Positions 1 through 7,560 of a stretch of DNA of 64,000 nt are shown one piece after another. Source of the stretch: Chitinivibrionales bacterium (lineage in GTDB: Bacteria; Fibrobacterota; Chitinivibrionia; Chitinivibrionales; WJKA01); NCBI GenBank assembly GCA_038247415.1, contig JBBRUX010000004.1, positions 32,001 to 96,000 of the forward strand. The letters run 5' to 3'. The position numbers and the translations under genes are program-made. Position 1 is the first letter of the stretch, and every line of letters begins with the position of its first letter. The notes under the pieces were generated by a model, which ran no database searches, was not told where the DNA came from, and saw only the letters and a program-made list of their open reading frames with translations.

Positions 1-714
1 GCCAAGAGACCGGTAGCGCTTCCCTTTGCCCTCATCATAATAGAGCGACACCATAGGGATTTTTTCTTGTTCTATATATTCCCAAATAGCAAGCTCTGTC
101 CAATCGAGCAGCGGATGCACTCGAACGTGAGTTCCCGGTGCAAAATCTGTCTTGTAATAATTCCAGACTTCGGGAGGTTGATCCCCCACGTTCCATTCGT
201 TTTGACGATCTCGCGGGGAAAAATAACGCTCCTTAGAACGACTCCCTTCTTCATCGGCACGGGCTCCAACGATAACGCCCGTATACGGTTCTTTATTCGT
301 ATCAAGCACATATTTTTTGTGCGCATGATCCATACGATAGCGCGGCCAATCACCCGAAAGGGTATGCTTGAGAGCTTCACTTTTAAGAGCTTTACAGCAG
401 CTGAGCCGATCGATATTTTTATCGGGGAATGTCTGCTTATCGGCGATTGCTTTGGCATTTTCTCCATATACCATATTTAGGTTCCACTCCAGAGCCAGAT
501 CGTCTCGATAGGTAATCATTTTTGGAATTTTAAAATGAGTATCAATATGCACAAGAGGGAATGGCACATGCCCAAAAAAGGCTTTACGAGCCAACCAGAG
601 CAATACAGTGCTATCTTTTCCGATAGACCAGAGCATGCAGAGACTTTTAAACTCCCGATACGCTTCTCTTAAAATAAATACGCTTTTTGCTTCCAATACC
701 CCAAGTGATTCCAT
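1..714 (-). CDS. cysD: sulfate adenylyltransferase subunit 2 (3' end runs off the window; absent from the ORF track)
   Basis: My translation from ATG at 714: [19 protein letters not shown]...[11 protein letters not shown] (PP-loop)...HIDT...[19 protein letters not shown]...[11 protein letters not shown]...[12 protein letters not shown]...RYRSLG, all CysD motifs. Lies directly downstream of cysH. Confidence 0.95.
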   Translation of the reverse strand, partial: MESLGVLEAKSVFILREAYREFKSLCMLWSIGKDSTVLLWLARKAFFGHVPFPLVHIDTHFKIPKMITYRDDLALEWNLNMVYGENAKAIADKQTFPDKNIDRLSCCKALKSEALKHTLSGDWPRYRMDHAHKKYVLDTNKEPYTGVIVGARADEEGSRSKERYFSPRDRQNEWNVGDQPPEVWNYYKTDFAPGTHVRVHPLLDWTELAIWEYIEQEKIPMVSLYYDEGKGKRYRSLG

Positions 715-723
715 ACGATATCC

Positions 724-1464
724 TTACTGTATGCTATGAGTTTTGTTTGGTCTGTTATGCAAACCACATTCTTTATGTTCAGGCAATTCCCACCACCAAC
801 GCCCGAGCCTAACATCATCCATTGGCCCACTTGCACGAGTGCACGGTTGGCAACCGATACTACGAAAACCTTTTTCATACAACTTAGACATTGGTAACAC
901 ATGGTTTTTGGTATAGTCCATTGTTTGCGATTCTGTCCAATTACACAGAGGACTTATGCGATACACAGAATGAGCTTCATCCCATTCCACACAAGAAAGC
1001 CCGCTGCGTGTCTGCGACTGCTCTGCGCGTAGGCCTACAATCCAGGCATCGACGGTGCTTACTATTTTTTGTAAAGGTCGAGTTTTTCGAACAGCGCAGC
1101 AGGCCTTTCGAGCATCTATACTCCTATAAAAAGAATTGGGTCCTGGAGTCGACACAAGGTTTGCCACCTCTTTCGCATCAGGGACACACACTTCGTAAGC
1201 AATATTCCACAAATCAACCGATTGTTGCCATACGTCATAGGTTTCTTCAAAATGCCGACCGGTATCAAGCGTGAAAATGCGAGCCTTTGGATTTATGCCT
1301 ATAAGCATTTGCGTTAGAACCTGGTCTTCGGCGCTAAAGCTTGATGCAAGAGCGATCCTGCCTACTGTAAAGGTAGAAAGTGCCCACGCAACAACCGCTT
1401 CTGCAGTCAGGTTTACCGTCTGCCTCTGATACTCTTCCAAAAATGTTTGTGAGAATTCCGCCAC
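724..1464 (-). CDS. cysH: adenylyl-sulfate (APS) / phosphoadenylyl-sulfate reductase, [4Fe-4S] type
   Basis: ASSFSAED, LDTG, CC (KACCAVRK) plus CxxC (SIGCQPCT) Fe-S ligands, GRWWWE and C-terminal ECGLH; GTG start. Confidence 0.93.
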   Translation of the reverse strand: MAEFSQTFLEEYQRQTVNLTAEAVVAWALSTFTVGRIALASSFSAEDQVLTQMLIGINPKARIFTLDTGRHFEETYDVWQQSVDLWNIAYEVCVPDAKEVANLVSTPGPNSFYRSIDARKACCAVRKTRPLQKIVSTVDAWIVGLRAEQSQTRSGLSCVEWDEAHSVYRISPLCNWTESQTMDYTKNHVLPMSKLYEKGFRSIGCQPCTRASGPMDDVRLGRWWWELPEHKECGLHNRPNKTHSIQ

Positions 1465-1490
1465 AATTAAATCCTTTTTATAAACAACTC

Positions 1491-1721
1491 TTAAATTTCA
1501 AAATCTATTTTTGATGGCTTTATCCGTCCAAAAGGAATTTTATTCCATGCCCGTTCATGAAAATAGTACAACGCCACTTTCGTAAACACTTCTACAAACC
1601 CAATGGAAAGAGCCATTTTAATTTGGCGACTAATAATATACGACACAATAATAGTATCCATGGTGCCGGTGGCTCTCCATGAAATGGCCTTAACAATACT
1701 GCGATATGGTTTTTCAATCAT
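1491..1721 (-). CDS. DUF2061 family small membrane protein
   Basis: RSIVKAISWR...T..YYFHERAWNKIPFG signature typical of DUF2061; the family is often found next to cys genes. Confidence 0.85.
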   Translation of the reverse strand: MIEKPYRSIVKAISWRATGTMDTIIVSYIISRQIKMALSIGFVEVFTKVALYYFHERAWNKIPFGRIKPSKIDFEI

Positions 1722-1767
1722 AGATTCCTGCTTTGTAAAAAATTTGTCGGAAACTCACGAGCCCTTC

Positions 1768-2349
1768 TTAATGCTGCTCTTCGAGGCATTCAAAAGAATG
1801 AGCATACGTCAATTGCGCCACCGGTTCACCACACCGTTTTAATACCTCATGCCCCGCATCCCAGCCACCTAAGTTAGATTCACTATTGATATGCCCCACA
1901 TACCCAACATCCACAAGATCAAGCCCCCAGACAGTTGCCAAAAATTGGGAATATTCCGGCGATGCAAACGGATCATTGCGACTAAAAATTATCGTACCTG
2001 AAATATCGAGTGAATATCGCGGCAACGGTTGAAACGAGTCGAGACTTCTCAGCATTTCGCATGAGTCAAGATCTGCAGGCGCCACCAAAATAATTTCTTT
2101 GCAAAACGTTCTAATTTTATCAAGTGCTTTAGCAACGAGTATGCATCCAAGGCTATGAGCAATAATACGAACCTTGCCATTCCCACTCTGGGCCAAAATC
2201 TGGTTTACAAGAACTTCTTCCCAATCAGAATACAAAGGCTTTGCCCACTCTTTTTGATTGATACGAATATATCCATACTTCTGCTCCCACATCGTTTGCC
2301 AATGAAAAGCATCCGACCCATTAATTCCTGGAACTATAAATGTTTTCAT
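1768..2349 (-). CDS. RBBP9/YdeN family alpha/beta hydrolase
   Basis: IVPG..GS...HWQ, nucleophile AHSLG, SRNDP, GHIN..SNLGGW. Start moved to the ATG at 2349 (MKTFIV), which has a GAGG RBS. Confidence 0.88.
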   Translation of the reverse strand: MKTFIVPGINGSDAFHWQTMWEQKYGYIRINQKEWAKPLYSDWEEVLVNQILAQSGNGKVRIIAHSLGCILVAKALDKIRTFCKEIILVAPADLDSCEMLRSLDSFQPLPRYSLDISGTIIFSRNDPFASPEYSQFLATVWGLDLVDVGYVGHINSESNLGGWDAGHEVLKRCGEPVAQLTYAHSFECLEEQH

Positions 2350-2393
2350 ATCCTCTATCCTTTCCACAAAATTCTTACATTGCCGCTGTGAGA

Positions 2394-2660
2394 TCAAATT
2401 CCCGTGCCGTAATTAAAATGTTCATACAACGCACCCATCGCAACCAACTCATCCTTTCCTTCAACCAAAATATCAATCACTCGACCCGGTAGAGAAGAAA
2501 ACTCATAAAGATCAGAAACAGAATGCCCATCCGCATTAAAACTTTCCCCACGACTCATAACTATTTCAGATTTAAACTTTTTGCACGTATCTGCAAGCGA
2601 TTTTAGATTAAAAGCACTCTCAACCTGTTTCTTAGAGAGCTCAAAATGTGCAGAAATCAT
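2394..2660 (-). CDS. HPr-fold protein lacking catalytic His15
   Basis: 88 aa from ATG 2660. Aligns to HPr: KKFKSEI, ADGHSVSDL (Ser46 region), G.VIDILVEGKDE..AM.AL. Position 15 is Ser and position 17 is Phe. Confidence 0.7.
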   Translation of the reverse strand: MISAHFELSKKQVESAFNLKSLADTCKKFKSEIVMSRGESFNADGHSVSDLYEFSSLPGRVIDILVEGKDELVAMGALYEHFNYGTGI

Positions 2661-2716
2661 TGGGTTACCCTTACTATGCAGTAAAACTATGTTTATAAAC
2701 TTAATCAACAATTAAT

Positions 2717-2745
2717 AATATACAAAGATTTTTAGGAAGATGCAA
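2717..2745 (-). promoter_or_regulatory. sigma70-type promoter for the HPr-like/cys operon
   Basis: Minus strand TTGCAT-N17-TATATT, 56 bp upstream of the ATG at 2660. Confidence 0.55.
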
Positions 2746-2814
2746 GAAAAAAATTTAATTTCGAGGGATCTGGAAGACTACTCAATAGATCTCTTGGAAA
2801 TTCAGAATCTAAAC

Positions 2815-3018
2815 GCAGCGATGTACACCGTCGGCCCTCCTTACAGGCGCGGACATTTACCCTTGGCGTCACCTTCCAGTCCTGCTTTGCGCCACAAGGA
2901 TTTTTGTACCGGCTGGCGAAGCGGGAGTGTAGGAGGAGCCGCATCGGAACATATCCCAAGGGGACTTCCTTTGGGCGCCCGAAGGGGTGAGGCCCGACGG
3001 CGATGCCGGTACGCCCAG
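2815..3018 (+). ncRNA. unassigned structured RNA candidate (~200 nt, rod-like, 6S-like size)
   Basis: GC-rich island in AT-rich intergenic DNA. Nested helices 2828-2839/2989-3000, 2846-2850/2975-2979, 2860-2866/2956-2962, 2880-2894/2914-2926. G-U wobbles favour the + strand; a U-rich tract follows. Confidence 0.5.
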
Positions 3019-3262
3019 ATTTTTATGCTTTATTCTTATTTTGGAATTATTGACCCTTGGGGTGTAGACGGGAACAGAGAATTGGAACTCTGATTTGACA
3101 ATCATGGGAATCTTTAAATCCTGCAATCGTGTGCAGACAGTTGGGCGGGGGCTGTAGAATGTCCAGCAGGAACACGATGACTTTTAAATATACCTCGTAT
3201 TAAAAATGAAGATAGCGTAACGCGGCATCTAAAACGTCATGCCAATCTTTACAAAACAATTA

Positions 3263-3299
3263 GCCGCCATGCGGCCACAATGGCCAAAGTAATGGCGGC
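3263..3299 (-). terminator. hairpin after the beta-galactosidase gene
   Basis: GCCGCCAT...ATGGCGGC outer stem with inner GGCCA/TGGCC, 13 bp past the stop codon. Confidence 0.45.
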
Positions 3300-3312
3300 A
3301 TGAAATAAATCA

Positions 3313-5379
3313 TTAAGAAGAAAAACAAAAAACTCGCGCATCATATTCTTTTAAGGTAATTTCTTTAGAAACCGAAATCCCCGTTTCCACATCTATCAAG
3401 CATGCATCGCTAAGGTTTAAAATATGGGGTTTATGGGTAAAATTTAAGATAAATATAAATTCTTGAGAACCCGATGTACGCGTTTGGACCGTTACGCCCT
3501 GGGGAAGGTCGACCTGAAATGCTTTGCGAGGGCATGTTGACAAAACAACACCCTTTATAAAATCGTTATAAAAGCGTTCATCATTATGCGATGCGACATA
3601 ATAAGCACTTCCTTTACCAAAAGAATTTCTGGTAACAGCCGGTTTTCCTGCGTAAAATTGCCCGTCATAGTGCGCAAGCACTTCTGCACCTTCTGCATGA
3701 ATAAGATCGCACAAAAGCGTTGCCTGATAACTTCCCGATAGACCCGAGGCTCCATTTTGACATGCCGCAACCGGAACAGATTCATCGTCATACAATGCAT
3801 CGAGCTCTTCTGCCCAAATGCCAAGGACTTTGCGCAAGGGTCCAGGGAATCCACCCAAAAAGCAGCGATCATTGGGATCGGCTATTCCCGAAAGATAGGT
3901 ACAAATAAAAGTGCCCCCCTTAGCAACAAATGTTTCGATATGTTCTGCCACCCCTGGATGAATCATATACAAAAGGGGAGCAACTACAATCTTGTATTTA
4001 GACATGTCATCTGTGGGCCTAATACAATCTACAGGAACCCCTTGCGACCACAACGGAAGATAATATTCCAGAACCCTTTGGAGATACTCTTTTTTGTCAT
4101 TTCTTGCACCATGAATATCTTCGACAATCCAGCGATTTTCCCAATCGTAAACAATTGCAACCTCTGCCGGCGAAGTTGAGCCAATAATCGAATCCAATTT
4201 AGAAAGCATCTCCCCCACTTTGGCAACTTCCTTGAATACACGAGTATTTTCGTGCCCACAATGATCAACCACTGCACCATGAAATTTTTCTGCTCCCCCT
4301 TGACACTTTCTCCATTGGAAATACTGTACAGTATCTGCACCGTGCGCTACCGCTTGCAAGGCTTCGAGTTTAAGAATCCCAGGTCTCTTTAATTTACACA
4401 CTGTCCACCAGTTGGTTGCACTAGGAGAACTCTCCATCAACATAAAAGGCTTGCCGTGCTTAAATGATCGCATCAAATCGTGAGAAAATGAAGTTTCGGC
4501 TCCAGCTTTCCACATTTCAGCACGATCATTATATAAAGGATAACTATCCCATGAAACAACATCTACCTGCTCGGCCATTTTCCACATGTCAAAATTAAGC
4601 CCAATTCCAGCAAAATTAGTGGTAACGGGTACAGAAGGGGTGATTGCTTTGAGCGGAGCCCTCTCAGCTTTAAAAAAATCAATTGACTGGTGTGTCACAA
4701 ATCGCTTCCAATCGAGATTGAGGCCATGCCGTACCGTTTCGCCAATCGGGGACGGACTTTCGATCTGGCTCCATTCTGTAAATCTACTTCCCCAAAAATC
4801 GCATGACCAGGCCATATTAAGATGGTCTAAATTGTTTTCATACTTGGCCATAAGCCACTCTATAAACTTTTTCTGACATAAAAGGCAATGACATTCTCCG
4901 CTATATTCATTGGAAATATGCCATACTAATAAAGCTGGATGATCTTTATACCTCTGTGCAAGCATCGTATTAATAATCGCAACTTTAGCGCGATATACAG
5001 GCGAGGTGTAGCAATGATTGTGGCGAAGTCCGTGCAAAATTCTGCGCCGGTCGGCTCCTACCCTGAGCACCTCTGGATATGCAGCGCTCATCCACGGGGG
5101 GCGAGCCCCACTGGGGGTAGCCAAAACAACATAGGCCTTATTTTGTGCTATTTTGTCGAAAATTGTATCGAGCCAGTCAAAATCAAATTTTCCTTCGTGT
5201 GGCTCAAGTGCAGACCAACTAAAAATCCCAATGGAAAAGGAATTGCAATTCGCACTTTTTGAAAGGCGTATGTCTTCATCCCAGATTTCTGGTGTAGCCC
5301 GCCACTGATCGGGATTGTAATCTGCTCCATGCAAAAAATGTGGGAATCGTGGATTAATAGGTGGATACTTTTGTTGCAT
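3313..5379 (-). CDS. GH42 beta-galactosidase
   Basis: GADYNPDQW, FSWSALEP.EG, acid/base WHISNEY, Zn-binding CHCLLC, nucleophile LMESSP, YFQWR...EKFHG, trimerisation domain; no signal peptide. Confidence 0.95.
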   Translation of the reverse strand: MQQKYPPINPRFPHFLHGADYNPDQWRATPEIWDEDIRLSKSANCNSFSIGIFSWSALEPHEGKFDFDWLDTIFDKIAQNKAYVVLATPSGARPPWMSAAYPEVLRVGADRRRILHGLRHNHCYTSPVYRAKVAIINTMLAQRYKDHPALLVWHISNEYSGECHCLLCQKKFIEWLMAKYENNLDHLNMAWSCDFWGSRFTEWSQIESPSPIGETVRHGLNLDWKRFVTHQSIDFFKAERAPLKAITPSVPVTTNFAGIGLNFDMWKMAEQVDVVSWDSYPLYNDRAEMWKAGAETSFSHDLMRSFKHGKPFMLMESSPSATNWWTVCKLKRPGILKLEALQAVAHGADTVQYFQWRKCQGGAEKFHGAVVDHCGHENTRVFKEVAKVGEMLSKLDSIIGSTSPAEVAIVYDWENRWIVEDIHGARNDKKEYLQRVLEYYLPLWSQGVPVDCIRPTDDMSKYKIVVAPLLYMIHPGVAEHIETFVAKGGTFICTYLSGIADPNDRCFLGGFPGPLRKVLGIWAEELDALYDDESVPVAACQNGASGLSGSYQATLLCDLIHAEGAEVLAHYDGQFYAGKPAVTRNSFGKGSAYYVASHNDERFYNDFIKGVVLSTCPRKAFQVDLPQGVTVQTRTSGSQEFIFILNFTHKPHILNLSDACLIDVETGISVSKEITLKEYDARVFCFSS

Positions 5380-5459
5380 ACATTCCTCGCATTAGATTTT
5401 TTGATCGGAAAAATTTATAAATTATATTTCGTAAGAAGTCGCTTGATATAATATAATCA

Positions 5460-5514
5460 GGATATTTGCGCAAAACCATAGACAATCTAATGAATAATGT
5501 GGATAATCTTATCA
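5460..5514. promoter_or_regulatory. candidate AraC-family direct-repeat operator
   Basis: GACAATCTAATGA (5481) and GATAATCTTATCA (5502) lie 21 bp apart, with a weaker copy near 5460, between the divergent genes. Confidence 0.35.
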
Positions 5515-5560
5515 CACATGGGCTTCTACCAATCTTTAGAGTATAGGGGTAGCTAAATGT

Positions 5561-6442
5561 ATGAATCCTGGAACTGTAACAAATTTTTTTGGCCGCCTGG
5601 ATAAGAAATTTTTTTCCGATTTGGTAACCTGTTCTGCAGGGCTTTATTCTAAAGTTTTGGGACACACCGTTGTACGAAAGCTTGTTACAGAATATCAGGT
5701 TGCTTATTGCCGTGGCGGATCCGGATTTATCACCTGTGGTGCGATAACAAAAAAAGTAGGCCCTGGAGACATATTCATAAATATTCCTAATCATGCGCAT
5801 TCGTATTGGGCCGACAATGATAATCCATGGACGCTTTCGTGGGTTCACTTTACTGGAAGTTCCGCGCAGCGCTATTTTACACTCATGAATTGTAAACCGG
5901 AAGAGCCTGCATTTACGGTTGGTTTGCAGCCACAACTCAGAAGCTTATTTGATCAATTACTGTATGAAATAGCATTTACGGAACTTCATCACCAAATCAA
6001 AGCTCTCGCAACGCTGCATCAGATCTTGGCAGAGATTATTTCTTTGCGAACCGTTCAAAAAGAAATGGTGCGTAACCGTTTACAACCCGTGCCGATCATA
6101 AACATTCAGGCAATAGACACCTTTATCAACAAAAACTTTGAAACAGCATCCCTAAAAAACTTGGCAGCCCTCTGCAACAAATCCGTGCCCCATTTTATGC
6201 GGCTTTTTAAACAACGAACGGGATACTCCCCAAATCAATATATCACACTGCATAAAATCACTCACGCGAGTATCTTGCTCGCAAGTCAACCAGAAATGAG
6301 TATAAAGAATATTGCACACAGCATTGGATGCGAAGATCAGCAGTATTTCTCCCGAATGTTTACAAAAGCGACTGGCCAATCTCCGCGTGCGTACCGAAAA
6401 GTTACCACGTGGGAAACACGTCCAATCCCGTTTAAGGATTAG
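5561..6442 (+). CDS. AraC family transcriptional regulator
   Basis: N-terminal cupin (H.YWAD..NPW...WVHF.G) and C-terminal double HTH (HFMRLFKQRTGYSP...IAHSIGCEDQQYFSRMF.K.TG.SP..YR). Confidence 0.93.
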   Translation: MNPGTVTNFFGRLDKKFFSDLVTCSAGLYSKVLGHTVVRKLVTEYQVAYCRGGSGFITCGAITKKVGPGDIFINIPNHAHSYWADNDNPWTLSWVHFTGSSAQRYFTLMNCKPEEPAFTVGLQPQLRSLFDQLLYEIAFTELHHQIKALATLHQILAEIISLRTVQKEMVRNRLQPVPIINIQAIDTFINKNFETASLKNLAALCNKSVPHFMRLFKQRTGYSPNQYITLHKITHASILLASQPEMSIKNIAHSIGCEDQQYFSRMFTKATGQSPRAYRKVTTWETRPIPFKD

Positions 6443-7418
6443 ACAATGTTTTTCTTTGGAATCCTGGGAGGGTAAGTGAATGTTGCAATCCTCCTTGCAA
6501 AGCAATTTCCTGATATTGCCCTTCGGCTCCACCTGCACGATGTGCTACTTCAGCTGCAATAAAGATACCGTTTGCAAATGCCCACGTTGCCCCTAAGGAA
6601 GTTTTAAACTCATTATCCTTAAAAAAAGCGCTCGATCGTCCTTCGGTACGCGCTGCGAGGGTCAGATTATCGTTATGGAGATAGGCTGCGGCAATTGTGT
6701 ATCCAGATGGGTATTCTTGGTCATGACCGCCTGATGCAAGTTTTGCATGGGCTTCAACATCAACAGTGATCTTGCTCAATACAAGACTTGTCCCTAAATC
6801 GGCATCGACATTTGCTTCATTAATAAAAACAGACAATCGCGTGAACGAAACATCAGAATGTAAAAAATCACAAAATAAGACACCGCCGATATCATCAGAT
6901 TCCTCTATCCCAACCACAGAATCGGCATCTGCATGGACAATAGCCAAAGCAGCTCCACCTTTAATTTTTCTTTTGGTGGTGATAATGCACACCGACGGAA
7001 GAGTCTGACCTACGTCGTCGGCAATGAGTGGACTAGAAATCAAATGCGTTGACAAAACACCATGAGGAATACTTTGCAATCCAAAGATTAATTCCAAAGG
7101 CTTTGTATCCGACTTATAATCGGCAAGGGCTTGATCGATCCAGATATCATGCATATCATTTTCTGCAGCTAAAAGAACCGAGGCTACCAAATTTTTTGAT
7201 ACGCCAATCGAGGCGCCTAAATTTACCATACCAATCGACAATTGGGGGTGAGACATCCGATCGGATTGTCCATAGGCATCAAGGGTAAATGCCCCTCCAA
7301 TTTCAAGCTCTTTTTTTTCTTCGGAAACTGTGTATGCGGCTGGAGAATCTGCGGCCTGTGTAAACCCAACGTGAAGAGCTAGCGCACTCATAATAGTCAA
7401 CGAAAGAATCTGATTCAT
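6432..7418 (-). CDS. outer-membrane beta-barrel, LbtU-like porin
   Basis: Signal peptide (..TQAA), alternating beta-strands, and LIFGLQSIPHGVLSTHLISSPL resembling the G..YVPFG....ISDPL motif of LbtU-type porins. Confidence 0.55.
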   Translation of the reverse strand: MNQILSLTIMSALALHVGFTQAADSPAAYTVSEEKKELEIGGAFTLDAYGQSDRMSHPQLSIGMVNLGASIGVSKNLVASVLLAAENDMHDIWIDQALADYKSDTKPLELIFGLQSIPHGVLSTHLISSPLIADDVGQTLPSVCIITTKRKIKGGAALAIVHADADSVVGIEESDDIGGVLFCDFLHSDVSFTRLSVFINEANVDADLGTSLVLSKITVDVEAHAKLASGGHDQEYPSGYTIAAAYLHNDNLTLAARTEGRSSAFFKDNEFKTSLGATWAFANGIFIAAEVAHRAGGAEGQYQEIALQGGLQHSLTLPGFQRKTLSNP

Positions 7419-7489
7419 ACGAACTTCCCCTTTAAAAAGTATTGCACAATAAACCGTGCAACCACAATGAGTACTATCTTTGTTTTAAA

Positions 7490-7519
7490 ATGATACTATC
7501 GGCACCAGTATCATGACAA
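7490..7519 (-). promoter_or_regulatory. porin promoter overlapped by a palindromic operator
   Basis: Minus strand TTGTCA-N18-TATCAT; the perfect inverted repeat ATGATACT-N9-AGTATCAT (7490-7514) covers the spacer and -10. Confidence 0.5.
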
Positions 7520-7560
7520 GAGTATTTATAGAGGTGGGGGGGGGTTCTCGAGCGAGCCAC

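Noticed and set aside
2862..2885. Minus-strand GCAGGACTGGAAGGTGACGCC resembles SRP RNA helix 8 (CAGG-xxx-GGAA-xxx-AGCAG)
   Set aside because: The conserved AGCAG strand is absent, and G-U pairs in the surrounding helices favour the opposite strand.
2936..3012. GAGCCGCAT...CGGT looks like the start of group II intron domain V
   Set aside because: No compact ~34-nt domain V with GNRA loop and AC bulge, no domain VI, no intron-encoded ORF.
2732..3126. Short ORFs (75-117 aa) across the structured element
   Set aside because: They overlap on both strands, have no recognisable motifs, and are explained by stop-poor GC-rich sequence.
7536..7544. G9 homopolymer as a phase-variation switch for the porin
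   Set aside because: It lies upstream of the predicted -35, not in the spacer or coding region; no evidence of length variation.
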